Part shown: piece by piece, positions 29,227 through 39,412 of the stretch
How positions within the stretch are numbered: position 1 is the stretch's first letter
Layout of the letters: every line of letters begins with the position of its first letter
Origin: an uncultured delta proteobacterium
GTDB taxonomy: Bacteria > Myxococcota_A > Polyangia > Polyangiales > Polyangiaceae
Assembly: GCA_963696385.1 (NCBI GenBank)
Contig: CAVOKF010000005.1
Span: 896,001-960,000 of the forward strand
DNA length: 64,000 bases
Direction: 5' to 3'
Notes under the pieces: generated by a model
What the model was told of the DNA's origin: nothing
What the model saw: the letters and a program-made list of their open reading frames with translations, nothing else
Databases searched by the model: none
Position numbers and translations under genes: made by a program

Positions 29227-30495
29227 ATGTCGCACGAGCACAGCGCGTTTCGTTCCGTCCCGCGCACGGGGGTCATCTACGTAACGACGGAGGCCCAGCG
29301 TCGGGGGTTTTCGTCGGCGGATCCGGCGTGGTGCAACCTGGGCCAAGGACAGCCGGAAACCGGCGAGCTTCCTCTCGCGCCGCCCCGGGTCCGGCGCGTG
29401 GAGATTGCCGTCGACGATCAAGAGTACGCCCCCGTGACGGGTGTCTGGGAGCTGCGCGAAGCCGTCGCGTCGCTGTATAACGCGCTCTACCGTCGAGGGT
29501 TACGGTCTCAGTACTCGGCCGAGAATGTCTGCATCTCGGGCGGTGGCCGTGCCGCCCTGACAAGGGCCGCCGCCAGTCTCGGTCCCATCAACCTCGGCCA
29601 CTTTTTGCCCGATTACACGGCATACGAAGAGCTTCTCGACATATTCAAAGCGTTCACCGCCATTCCCATCCTGCTCGAAGGCGAGCGTGGCTACGCCTTC
29701 AGCACGGACGATCTTCGTCGCGAAATTCTGGGCCGCGGCTTCGGCGCGATCCTGATGAGTAACCCGTGCAATCCGACCGGCAAGCTCGTCGATGGCGAGG
29801 ATCTCGCGCGTTGGGTCGCGACGGCTCGCGAACTCGATTGCACGCTGCTGCTCGACGAGTTTTATTCACACTACGTGTATCGGTTCGCTTCCGGGCGGCT
29901 GCCGGTCGAGAGTGCGGCCCGATACGTCGAAGACGTCGACCGCGACCCCGTCGTCGTGTTCGACGGACTCACGAAGAACTGGCGTTACCCGGGATGGCGC
30001 GTCACCTGGACGCTTGCACCGAAGGACATCGTCGATGCGCTCGCTAGCGCCGGGTCGTTTCTCGATGGCGGCGGGAGCAAGCCGCTGCAGCGGGCCGCCG
30101 TGCCCTTGCTGGCCGAGGAGCATGTGGTCGCCGAGACGAAGGCGATCCAGAACGCCTTCCGAGCGAAACGCGATTACCTCTTGTCGCAGCTGGACCGGCT
30201 CGGGGTCCAGATCGATCGGGTGCCGGACGGGACCTTTTACGTCTGGGGGAACGTCGAGCGGCTGGCTCCGCCATTCAACGAGGGAATGGGATTCTTTCGA
30301 GCGGCGCTCGAGGAAAAGGTCATCGTCGTCCCGGGCGAATTTTTCGACGTCAATCCCGGCAAGCGGCGCCATGGGCGGGCGTCGCGCTTCCGGTCGTACG
30401 TGCGGTTTTCGTTCGGGCCCGCGATGCACGTGCTCGATGAAGCCGTAAAACGCATCGAGCGCATGCTCACATCCAGCGAACCGCCGCTCGCGTGA
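29227..30495 (+). CDS. PLP-dependent class I/II aminotransferase
   Basis: NLGQGQP, SNPCNPTG, DEFY, TKNWRYPGWRV, VPG..F, VRFSFG. Confidence 0.92.
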   Translation: MSHEHSAFRSVPRTGVIYVTTEAQRRGFSSADPAWCNLGQGQPETGELPLAPPRVRRVEIAVDDQEYAPVTGVWELREAVASLYNALYRRGLRSQYSAENVCISGGGRAALTRAAASLGPINLGHFLPDYTAYEELLDIFKAFTAIPILLEGERGYAFSTDDLRREILGRGFGAILMSNPCNPTGKLVDGEDLARWVATARELDCTLLLDEFYSHYVYRFASGRLPVESAARYVEDVDRDPVVVFDGLTKNWRYPGWRVTWTLAPKDIVDALASAGSFLDGGGSKPLQRAAVPLLAEEHVVAETKAIQNAFRAKRDYLLSQLDRLGVQIDRVPDGTFYVWGNVERLAPPFNEGMGFFRAALEEKVIVVPGEFFDVNPGKRRHGRASRFRSYVRFSFGPAMHVLDEAVKRIERMLTSSEPPLA

Positions 30496-30521
30496 GCCCG
30501 ATTGGAAAGGCCGTACCCCCG

Positions 30522-32504
30522 TCACATCGAACGAGCCGCCGCGGCCACAGCGGCCGCCGTGATTCCGCGCTTCTCCATGATCACGTTGCCGGGTGCGCTG
30601 CTGCCAAACGCGTCGACGCCGATCGATCGCCCCGTCGGGCCGACGAATTTTTGCCACCCGAAGGTGACCCCCGCCTCGATGGACACCCGGCGTGTGCACG
30701 ACGGCGGCAGGACCTCGTCCTGGTACGCCCGCGTTTGGCGCTCGAAGCGCGTGAAGCACGGCAACGACACGACGCGCGTCCCAGCGCCTAGTTCGCGCGC
30801 CGCGGCGACGGCGTGCTGCACCTCGCTGCCCGTGCCAATGAGAAGGGTCTGGAGCGCGGCCGTCTCGCGCACGAGCACGTAGCCGCCACGGCGCGCGCCC
30901 TCGCGCTTGGCCTTGCCGTCGCCGGGTAGCATGGGCACGGCTTGTCGCGATAGCGCCAGCACCGTCGGCCCGTCCAGCCGCTCCATGGCCGCAGCCCACG
31001 CACCGGCCGTTTCCTCCGGGTCAGCGGGGCGGATCAGGTCCAAGTTCGGAATGACGCGAAGCCCCATGATGGTTTCGACCGGCTGGTGCGTCGGCCCGTC
31101 TTCACCCACGCCGATCGAATCGTGCGTGAAGACGTAAATGACCGGCAGATGCGACAGCGCAGCGAGGCGGATCGTCGGTCTCATGTAGTCGGCAAAAACG
31201 AGGAAGGTCGCTCCGTGCGCCCGCAGTCCGCCATGGTAGGCGATGCCGTTGAGCACGGCGCCCATGCCATGCTCCCGGATTCCGATGCGAATGTTGCGGC
31301 CGCTTCTGTGGTCCGCGTCGAAGTCGCCTCCGTCGGCGATGTAGTTGAAGGTCGAGCCGTACAAGTCCGCGCTGGCACCGATGAGCTCGGGCACCTGCGT
31401 GGCAACGGCCTGGAGCGCCGCTTCCCCCGCCTTTCGTGTTGCGATCTTGGCGTCGGCGGGGAAGATCGGAATTCGGTCAATGAGGTCGGCCGGTACGGTC
31501 TGCGCCAGGGCTCGGTCGAGAGCGCGAGCGCGGTCGGGGTCTTCGGCGCTCCACGCCTCGAAGCGGGTCTGCCACTGCGCATGCGCTTCGGAGAGCTTCA
31601 GTCGGTGGGCGGCAAAGAACGATCGCACTTCGTCGCTGACGAAGAACGTCTCGTTGGGCAGGCCGAGATGCTCCCGCGCTTGCGCGACGAACTTGACGCC
31701 CGCTTCGCCGTGGGCCTTCTGCGTTCCGGCGACCTCGGGGATGCCACGACCGATGAGCGTTCGCGCGACGACGAACCGCGGACGTCCACTCTTCGATGCC
31801 TTGGCACGCAAGAGCCCCGCGTGCACTTCGCGCAGATCGTTGCCGTGATCGATGCGCGTCACCTCGAAGCCGTACGCCTCGTACCGCCGGGCGGTGTCCT
31901 CGCTTTGAGATTTAACCGCCATCGCGTCGAGCGTCACATCGTTCGAGTCGTAAATGATGATCAGGTTGTCGAGTCGAAGATGCCCTGCCAGCGCGGACGC
32001 TTCGGAGGCGACGCCCTCTTGCATGCACCCGTCTCCGGCCAGGCACCAAACGGTGTGGTCGAAGAGTCGAGAGTTCGCAGCGTCGAAACGGGCCGACAAC
32101 ATCTTGGCCGCGATGGCGTGGCCGACCGCGTTGCCCACGCCCTGACCAAGAGGACCGGTCGTCGCTTCGATCCCCTCGGCGGTTCGGAACTCCGGATGTC
32201 CCGGGGTGCGCGATCGCCACTGCCGAAACTGCCGCAGATCGTCGAGCGAAATCGGGTAGCCGCTCAAGTGCAGCCACGCATAAAGAAACATGCTTCCGTG
32301 GCCGGCCGACAGGACGAAGCGATCGCGGGCGATCCATTCCGGATCCCCGGGATCGATCCGTAAGAGATCGCCGAAAAGGGCCGCTCCGATCTCGGCGTCT
32401 CCCAAGGGGAGGCCGAGGTGTCCGGAGGCGGCCGCTTGAACGGCGTCCATGGCGAGGCCGCGCGCAATCGTGCACGCGGCGGCGAGCTTGTCGAAATCCG
32501 GCAT
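30522..32504 (-). CDS. tkt: Transketolase
   Basis: SGHLG, RDRFVLSAGHGSM, TPGHPE, TTGPLGQG, GDGCMQEG, THDSIGVGEDGPTHQP. Confidence 0.98.
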   Translation of the reverse strand: MPDFDKLAAACTIARGLAMDAVQAAASGHLGLPLGDAEIGAALFGDLLRIDPGDPEWIARDRFVLSAGHGSMFLYAWLHLSGYPISLDDLRQFRQWRSRTPGHPEFRTAEGIEATTGPLGQGVGNAVGHAIAAKMLSARFDAANSRLFDHTVWCLAGDGCMQEGVASEASALAGHLRLDNLIIIYDSNDVTLDAMAVKSQSEDTARRYEAYGFEVTRIDHGNDLREVHAGLLRAKASKSGRPRFVVARTLIGRGIPEVAGTQKAHGEAGVKFVAQAREHLGLPNETFFVSDEVRSFFAAHRLKLSEAHAQWQTRFEAWSAEDPDRARALDRALAQTVPADLIDRIPIFPADAKIATRKAGEAALQAVATQVPELIGASADLYGSTFNYIADGGDFDADHRSGRNIRIGIREHGMGAVLNGIAYHGGLRAHGATFLVFADYMRPTIRLAALSHLPVIYVFTHDSIGVGEDGPTHQPVETIMGLRVIPNLDLIRPADPEETAGAWAAAMERLDGPTVLALSRQAVPMLPGDGKAKREGARRGGYVLVRETAALQTLLIGTGSEVQHAVAAARELGAGTRVVSLPCFTRFERQTRAYQDEVLPPSCTRRVSIEAGVTFGWQKFVGPTGRSIGVDAFGSSAPGNVIMEKRGITAAAVAAAARSM

Positions 32505-32586
32505 GGGAGTACCCCCGGTTAAAGCACTTTTTTTTGCGTCGCGGGCGAGTGACTGCGGACCCTAGCGCCGCTCGACGAGTGTGCCG

Positions 32587-33276
32587 CTACTGACCCGCGC
32601 AGCAATAGAAGAGCACGCCCGCGGGCGTGGGCACGGACGCGACGGCGCATTCGAGCGACGGTGCCGGGGCGGCAATGGCTGAATCGGCCGGGTCGGGGCT
32701 CGTGCAGGTGAACCCGTAGGGCTGACTTTCGCCGCACAATGCACCGCCGTTCGGGATGCAGCCACCGCCGTCCGCGACGGCCAAGCCCGGGGTGGCGTCT
32801 GCATCCACCGGCTCGGATCGGTCGGCGACGACGTCCGGTGCTCCGGTGCCGAGAGCCGCGTCCGGGCCGGCCGACCCCGAATCGCTCGTCGCCCCGACGA
32901 CGGCGTCGGTGGCGGCCGTGTCGGCGGCCGTCGATGCGGCCTCGGCAGGCGCGCCCGTCTCGCCGGCGTCGGGTGCCGTCGTTGCCGCGTCGGGGCCGGC
33001 GCCGGCGTCGGCGGTCGGACAACCACTTGGATCCCACGCCCACGCGAACGTGGTCGTCGTACAGTCCCCGGGGCCCGATGCGCAATTCGCGGTGCCGTCC
33101 GAGTTGAAGCACCAGCCACACCCGTTTACGGGCGTGCACGTTTCACACGAGCTGAATGCGCTGCACGCGGTGACGCCTTCGGGAACTTGGGGGTAGTCGT
33201 CCCCGGACGTATCGCAGGCGGCGGTGGCGAGCGCGATCGAGCAAGCGAGCACGGCGGTGGCGAGGCCCTTCATCAT
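32587..33276 (-). CDS. Cys-rich lipoprotein with PSI-like module and Ala/Asp/Pro linker
   Basis: Lipobox TAAC; CSAFSSCETCTPVNGCGWC..C..C..C pattern; C-terminal Cys cluster. Confidence 0.65.
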   Translation of the reverse strand: MMKGLATAVLACSIALATAACDTSGDDYPQVPEGVTACSAFSSCETCTPVNGCGWCFNSDGTANCASGPGDCTTTTFAWAWDPSGCPTADAGAGPDAATTAPDAGETGAPAEAASTAADTAATDAVVGATSDSGSAGPDAALGTGAPDVVADRSEPVDADATPGLAVADGGGCIPNGGALCGESQPYGFTCTSPDPADSAIAAPAPSLECAVASVPTPAGVLFYCCAGQ

Positions 33277-33352
33277 GGCGGAGCTCAATGTAGCGCACCG
33301 CGGAGGGGCCGCATCCGGGACGCTGCCACGCCCACGTGGCGGGCCGAGCCGG

Positions 33353-34417
33353 CTACGGACGCTGCCCGCGCCGGGACATGGTGAGCACGGCGCGGAAGAC
33401 GTCGGCGACGCCCTCGACGTCGAGCTTCAATTCTTGCGCCCAGGTGCGGCGTGTGCCGAGGACTTCGGCCTCGCGCGCGCCATCGAGCACGGGCGCCCCG
33501 AGCGCGGCCTTTGCCCGGGCTGCACGCTCTTGCAGCTGCGATCGCTGCGCCAGAAGATTCACGATTGCGCGGTCCACCGCGTCGATGTGCTCGCGTGTTT
33601 GCTTCAGCTCGGGCGACCCCTCTCCGAGACCGGGGATCGCGAAGCTCGTCGCGTCCGTCGGTGCCGCGTCGCCTTCCGCGGCCCGCGCGTCGAGCGCGCG
33701 GTCGATCGCGCCCAGCGCCTGGACGAGCTCTTTGCGCGCCTCCGCCGCGAAGGGGTTGTCGCGCGCGATGGCCGCGAAGAGATGACCTCCATCGGAGCGG
33801 ACGGTCTCGATCGTGCGCGACAGCGCCTGAAAACTCGGGGGTGCGAACGGCACTTCCATTCCGGCTCCCGCATCGATCATGCCCTTGGCCACGAAAAACG
33901 TGAGCGCGTGAGTGTGCGCCATGACCCGATCGTGTCCTTCGGGCGTCTGCTCGATCACTTCGCACCCAATCCGTTCGTACAGCGCACGGACTCGTGCGGC
34001 CGCCGCAGGGTGCTGGCGGGCCGGGCAGATGACGACACGCAGCGGCCGCTCGGCCAACGCCAGGCTGACCGGCCCGAACAGCGGGTGGGTGGCGCACCAC
34101 GGGATCGCGTCGCCCAACACCTCGTCGAGCGCGTTTGCGGGACGCACCTTGACGCTCCCGACGTCGAGGACGACCTGACCGGGGTCGAGGTAAGGACGAA
34201 GATCGATCAGCGCTTGTCGCATGCGCGGCACGGGGACGGCGACAACCACGAACGACGCACCCTGCGTCAGGTGCTCCAGGGACAAGACCCGAACGGAGGA
34301 CGGCACCGGCGCGATGGGATCGTACGCGCGATACGGGACCCCGGCTTCGACCAGAACTTGGCCGAGCGCGCGTCCGAAACGGCCGTAGCCGAGCAGGGCG
34401 ACATCGTCGTGCGCCAT
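33353..34417 (-). CDS. tyrA: Prephenate dehydrogenase fused to C-terminal chorismate mutase
   Basis: GYGRFG, DVGSVK, HPLFGP, HDRVMA..H; C-terminal REHIDAVDRAIVNLLAQR...K..LD..RE (AroQ). Confidence 0.85.
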   Translation of the reverse strand: MAHDDVALLGYGRFGRALGQVLVEAGVPYRAYDPIAPVPSSVRVLSLEHLTQGASFVVVAVPVPRMRQALIDLRPYLDPGQVVLDVGSVKVRPANALDEVLGDAIPWCATHPLFGPVSLALAERPLRVVICPARQHPAAAARVRALYERIGCEVIEQTPEGHDRVMAHTHALTFFVAKGMIDAGAGMEVPFAPPSFQALSRTIETVRSDGGHLFAAIARDNPFAAEARKELVQALGAIDRALDARAAEGDAAPTDATSFAIPGLGEGSPELKQTREHIDAVDRAIVNLLAQRSQLQERAARAKAALGAPVLDGAREAEVLGTRRTWAQELKLDVEGVADVFRAVLTMSRRGQRP

Positions 34418-34478
34418 GGGCCGCCACTGTATCATTCGCGCGGCGTGACACCGCGACGACGCATGCGATCATGAGCTC

Positions 34479-35636
34479 GTGGCCCGACGTTTCGCCTCGA
34501 TTCCGTGGACGGCCGGGGGGATCGCACTGCTCGGGGGCATGGCTTGCCGGCCGGCGCCCCTCGATCTCTCGCCCCTTGGCCCGCCTCCGCCGACCTGTCC
34601 GGTCGGGGGCTGTCGGCCGCCGGGCGCGGCTTCGGAGCGACAGTGCCCACCCCGGGACGCCTGCTCGACCGGTGGCGGCGCCCCGTGCGGGGGCGCGCCG
34701 GCCCAGGAGTGCACCGCGAGTGCCCTTTCGGCATGGGGCGCATGGCCAGACGATTGGCCCATCGACTGCGTGGCGGCGATGCTCTCGGAAGCGTGTGAGC
34801 TCGACGACCCTCGCGCGTGCGGTTTCGCCGGTCGGATATGGATCGACGGATGCCGCGTCCCGCGTGACGTGCAGCGCGGCCTGGGCATGCTGCTTCGAGC
34901 TTGCGACCGCGGCGACGCGCCGGCCTGCGTGTTCGGTGCGCGCCGTCTCGCGGACCCTCTGAACGAGGGCGTCCAGGACGGCGCGCAGCTGCGCAGCCGA
35001 CTCGAACTGGTGGGGTCGTGCTGGAGTGGACAAGCCGACGCTTGTTATCGGGCTGGGCTGCTTTTCTACTTCGGCCGTGAAGCGTTTCCGCGAGACCGCT
35101 CCCTCGCGGCCCGCGTCTACGGGCGCGGCTGCGATCTCGGCGACTCACGGGCGTGCAACAACCTGGGCGATGCGCTCGCGTACGGTGACGGCCTGGCGCG
35201 CGATGTGGCGCGAGCCGCGGCTCTTTTCGACAAGGCGTGCCACCTCGGAGAGGCTCTCGGGTGCGCGAACCTCGGTTACATGGTCGAGCATGGCGAAGGC
35301 GTTTCGCGCGACACGTCGCGGGCCCTGAGCCTTTACCGCGACGCGTGCACGACCGGAGACGTGTACGGCTGCCTGCACTCGGAGATGATCGTCGCGGCAG
35401 CCGGGGCCTTGCGCGATCCGTCTCGAGCGCTCGCGCAGTGGGCCCAGGCGTGCGAGCGCGCGCGAGACGCACGCGCCTGCGCGTTTGTGGGCGTGATGTA
35501 CGAAGACGGACCGGACGGGCTGGCGCGCGACGAAACCAAGAGCATGCAGGCGATGTCGCGCGCGTGCGATCTGGGCGATGTACGGGCGTGCGACTGGGTC
35601 AAGTCCCACAGCGGTAGCGGCGACGACGACGAGTGA
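34479..35636 (+). CDS. Cys-rich Sel1-like repeat lipoprotein
   Basis: Repeated A..Y..ACD.G...AC.NLG..Y..G.GV.RD units; GGMAC lipobox-like. Confidence 0.85.
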   Translation: MARRFASIPWTAGGIALLGGMACRPAPLDLSPLGPPPPTCPVGGCRPPGAASERQCPPRDACSTGGGAPCGGAPAQECTASALSAWGAWPDDWPIDCVAAMLSEACELDDPRACGFAGRIWIDGCRVPRDVQRGLGMLLRACDRGDAPACVFGARRLADPLNEGVQDGAQLRSRLELVGSCWSGQADACYRAGLLFYFGREAFPRDRSLAARVYGRGCDLGDSRACNNLGDALAYGDGLARDVARAAALFDKACHLGEALGCANLGYMVEHGEGVSRDTSRALSLYRDACTTGDVYGCLHSEMIVAAAGALRDPSRALAQWAQACERARDARACAFVGVMYEDGPDGLARDETKSMQAMSRACDLGDVRACDWVKSHSGSGDDDE

Positions 35637-35698
35637 TCGGTCGCGGACGCATCGCCCGACAGCGTGCTTGCAAGCCGGCGCGGCGGGCGGTGCCGCGA

Positions 35699-36502
35699 TT
35701 AGCTCGGCACACGCCTCCAATGAGGCGTGGGGCTGCGTTCGATGCGCAGAAGCGCACCGTCCTCGACGGTCGCCCAGGGTTCGTCGGTGACATGTTGGGA
35801 GGCCACAAATACGGCCGTCCGCTGGTCAGACCACGGAGTTTCGTACGTGGTGCCATCGCGACTCGTGCGGCTGGGGACGACGGCGTCGCCGGGCCCGCGC
35901 TCGAGCAAGAACATCGATCGGCCGAAGCGATGGGCGTAGGTCGTGGACCCGTCCGAGAGAAGGAAGTTGAACGCTCCGAAGTCGGGCCTTTCGCGCGCGG
36001 CACGCGCTGCCGACCCGATGGCGCGGTCTGTCTCGGGCGACGCGAGCGACGCGGTCGCCCCGATCTCGTCGAGGCGCGTGAGCAGCCACGCGAAGAGAAG
36101 CTCACTATCGGTCTCACCGGAGATCTCGGCGAGCTGATGCGACGAGGTATGGGCTCGAAGCCAGGCGGTGTCTTTGACCGTTCCGTTGTGCGCGAAGACC
36201 CAGCGGCCATGCTCGAACGGATGGGTGTTCGCGAGCGTCGATTCGCCGACCGTTTTTTGTCGAACGTGCGAGATGAGGATCTCGCCGCAACTTCCGACAG
36301 CCAGTTGGTGAAACCGCTCGTCTTCCCCGGCGCACTCGACGCCCTTGTCAATCTTCCAGCAATGGGCGTGTGCGTCGAAGACGGCGATGCCCCAGCCGTC
36401 GCGGTGTTCGCGTGAGAGAGCGGCGAGCGAGCGCGGGGCCTCGCGCAAGACGACTCGAAATTCCGTGGGCTCGTTCGACGCGATGCCCAACAAACGGCAC
36501 AT
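35699..36502 (-). CDS. Class II glutamine amidotransferase (EgtC/YafJ-like)
   Basis: MCRLLG N-terminal Cys, HRDGWG, HVRQ, NTHPF, FAHNG, GETDSE. Confidence 0.92.
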   Translation of the reverse strand: MCRLLGIASNEPTEFRVVLREAPRSLAALSREHRDGWGIAVFDAHAHCWKIDKGVECAGEDERFHQLAVGSCGEILISHVRQKTVGESTLANTHPFEHGRWVFAHNGTVKDTAWLRAHTSSHQLAEISGETDSELLFAWLLTRLDEIGATASLASPETDRAIGSAARAARERPDFGAFNFLLSDGSTTYAHRFGRSMFLLERGPGDAVVPSRTSRDGTTYETPWSDQRTAVFVASQHVTDEPWATVEDGALLRIERSPTPHWRRVPS

Positions 36503-36671
36503 GCTTACTGCAGCATAGCGCCATTCGGCCTTCGGTGGGATGGCGGCATCGTTTCCGGAAAGGACATGGCCTTCACCGGCGACAACTCGCGGCTCGCTCC
36601 CAGCAGGCCCGCGACGCACGCTCTCTTTGGAGTCTTGCCCCCGCCTTTTACGAGGGCTACGTCTGATTGCC

Positions 36672-39386
36672 ATGTCCGACACATCCGGCGCCAAGTCCAC
36701 TCTGTCCGTCGGTGCATCCAAGTTTTCCTATTTTCGACTCGCCTCCGTGTATGCCAAACACCCGCAAGCGGAACGGTTGCCGTTTTCGCTCAAGATTCTG
36801 CTCGAGAACCTGCTACGCACCGAGAACGGCGTCTCCGTTCGCGCCGAGGACATCGAAGCGCTCGCCACCGTCGATTTGAAGGCTCAGCCCGCCCGCGAAA
36901 TCGCGTTCACGCCCGCGCGGGTTCTGCTTCAGGACTTCACGGGCGTGCCGGCGGTCGTGGATCTGGCGGCCATGCGCGACGCGATGAAGCAGCTCGGGGG
37001 CGACCCGAAACGGATCAATCCATTGCAGCCTGTGGAGCTCGTCATCGATCACTCGGTGCAGGTCGACGCTTTCGGATCGAGCCAAGCCTTCGCGCTGAAC
37101 GCGCAGCTCGAGTTTGCGCGGAACAAGGAGCGTTACCAATTCTTGAAATGGGGGCAGAGCGCATTCCGCAACTTCAAAGTCGTCCCCCCGGACACGGGAA
37201 TCGTCCACCAAGTCAACCTCGAGTACCTCGCACGCGTCGTCATGAAGAGCGAGGACGGCACGACCGTCTATCCGGATACCCTGGTCGGCACCGACTCCCA
37301 CACGACCATGATCAACGGCCTGGGTGTTCTCGGCTGGGGTGTCGGCGGCATCGAGGCCGAGGCGGCCATGCTGGGCCAGCCCGTGTCGATGCTCATCCCG
37401 CAAGTAGTGGGGGTGAGGCTCACCGGGGCTTTGCCCGAAGGGGCGACCGCCACGGACCTGGTTCTCACCGTGACCGAGGTGCTGAGAAAGAAGGGTGTCG
37501 TCGGCAAGTTCGTGGAGTTCTTCGGCGACGGGCTCGCCCAGCTGTCGCTCGCCGATCGAAGCACGATCGCGAACATGGCCCCCGAGTACGGCGCGACGTG
37601 CGGCATCTTTCCGGTCGACGCCGAGACGCTTCGGTACCTGCGATTCACAGGCCGCGACGAGGCACACATCAAGCTCGTCGAGGCGTACTTCAAAGAGCAG
37701 GGGCTCTTCGTCGCGCCGGCGGCGAAGGATGCCGTGTACTCGGAAGCGATCGAGATCGACCTCGCGTCGATCGTTGCGAGCCTCGCCGGACCCACGCGCC
37801 CTCAGGACCGCGTCAAGCTCACCGAGTCGAAGGCGAGCTTCCGCGCCTCGCTCGAGAAGATGCTCGCCAAGGTGCCGAAGGCAGGTGCGGGGGACGCGAA
37901 GGGCGCCGCGGCCATCAACGGCGCGAGCACCGAGCTCGGGCACGGAGCGGTGGTCATCGCCGCGATCACGAGCTGCACGAATACATCGAACCCGAGCGTT
38001 CTCGTGGCGGCCGGTCTGCTTGCCAAGAAGGCCATCGAAAAGGGCCTTGCCCGAAAGCCGTGGGTGAAGACCAGCCTCGCGCCCGGATCGAAGGTCGTCA
38101 CCGAGTACCTCGTGAAGGCCGGTCTGGCCACGTACCTCGATCGCCTCGGTTTCCAGACCGTGGGCTACGGATGCACGACGTGCATCGGCAACAGCGGCCC
38201 GCTTCCCGAAGCCGTGTCCAAAGCGATCGAGCAAGGGGGGCTCGTTGCGGCCGCCGTGCTGAGCGGCAACCGCAATTTCGAAGGGCGCATTCATGCGGAG
38301 GTCCGCGCCAACTACCTGGCATCCCCACCGCTCGTCGTCGCGTACGCGATCGCCGGCACGGTCGACTTCGATCCGTACCGCGAGCCGCTCGGCACAGGGA
38401 CCGACGGCCAGCCGGTGTTTCTCAAAGACGTGTGGCCGTCGCGCGCCGAGGTTCAGGCGGCCATCGATCAGTCTATCGACCGAGCGATGTTCGAGCGCGT
38501 ATACGGACGGGTCTTCGACGGCGACGCATCCTGGCAGAAGCTACCGGTGTCGACTGGAGATCTGTACGCCTGGGATCCGCAGTCGACGTACGTGAAGAAC
38601 CCTCCCTACTTCGCCGGGATGACGCGCGATCCGGCACCCGTCGCCGATCTGGTCAGCGCCCGTGTCCTCGCCGTGCTGGGCGACAGCATCACGACCGATC
38701 ACATCTCGCCGGCCGGTTCGATCAAAAAGAGCGGTCCGGCGGGCCAGTACCTTCTTGAACGCGGGGTCGACGTCAAGGACTTCAACTCCTACGGGTCGCG
38801 GCGCGGCAACGACGAAGTCATGGTGCGCGGGACGTTTGCGAACGTGCGCTTGCGCAACCTCTTGGCGCCGGGAACCGAGGGCGGGGTGACGACCTACCTT
38901 GGTCCATCGAAGAGCAACGGAGTGAGTGTCGACACCCCGAGCGTCGTCAGCATTTTCGATGCGGCGATGCGATACGCGAAAGACGGCATTTCCCTCGTGA
39001 TTCTCGCCGGCAAGGAGTACGGCTCGGGTTCTTCGCGCGACTGGGCAGCAAAAGGCACCAAGCTGCTCGGCGTGCGCGCCGTCATCGCCGAGAGCTTCGA
39101 GCGCATCCATCGCAGTAACCTCGTCGGCATGGGGATCCTGCCGCTGGAGTTCGCATCGGGCGATACCGTGGCGTCACTCGGGCTCACCGGCCGCGAGACG
39201 TTCTCGATTTCCGGGGTCGAGCAGGCCATCGCGACGCGACGCGCGACGGTTCGGGTCCGACGTGCCGATGGGACACTGTTCGAGTTCTCCACCACGCTGC
39301 GAATCGACACGCCCCAAGAACGCGAATACTACCGGCACGGAGGTATCCTTCCGTACGTGCTCCGACAGCTCTTGAAATCGTCGTAG
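36672..39386 (+). CDS. acnA: Aconitate hydratase A
   Basis: [75 protein letters not shown]. Confidence 0.98.
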   Translation: MSDTSGAKSTLSVGASKFSYFRLASVYAKHPQAERLPFSLKILLENLLRTENGVSVRAEDIEALATVDLKAQPAREIAFTPARVLLQDFTGVPAVVDLAAMRDAMKQLGGDPKRINPLQPVELVIDHSVQVDAFGSSQAFALNAQLEFARNKERYQFLKWGQSAFRNFKVVPPDTGIVHQVNLEYLARVVMKSEDGTTVYPDTLVGTDSHTTMINGLGVLGWGVGGIEAEAAMLGQPVSMLIPQVVGVRLTGALPEGATATDLVLTVTEVLRKKGVVGKFVEFFGDGLAQLSLADRSTIANMAPEYGATCGIFPVDAETLRYLRFTGRDEAHIKLVEAYFKEQGLFVAPAAKDAVYSEAIEIDLASIVASLAGPTRPQDRVKLTESKASFRASLEKMLAKVPKAGAGDAKGAAAINGASTELGHGAVVIAAITSCTNTSNPSVLVAAGLLAKKAIEKGLARKPWVKTSLAPGSKVVTEYLVKAGLATYLDRLGFQTVGYGCTTCIGNSGPLPEAVSKAIEQGGLVAAAVLSGNRNFEGRIHAEVRANYLASPPLVVAYAIAGTVDFDPYREPLGTGTDGQPVFLKDVWPSRAEVQAAIDQSIDRAMFERVYGRVFDGDASWQKLPVSTGDLYAWDPQSTYVKNPPYFAGMTRDPAPVADLVSARVLAVLGDSITTDHISPAGSIKKSGPAGQYLLERGVDVKDFNSYGSRRGNDEVMVRGTFANVRLRNLLAPGTEGGVTTYLGPSKSNGVSVDTPSVVSIFDAAMRYAKDGISLVILAGKEYGSGSSRDWAAKGTKLLGVRAVIAESFERIHRSNLVGMGILPLEFASGDTVASLGLTGRETFSISGVEQAIATRRATVRVRRADGTLFEFSTTLRIDTPQEREYYRHGGILPYVLRQLLKSS

Positions 39387-39412
39387 CGGCGCGGTTGCCC
39401 GCGCCACGCGCG

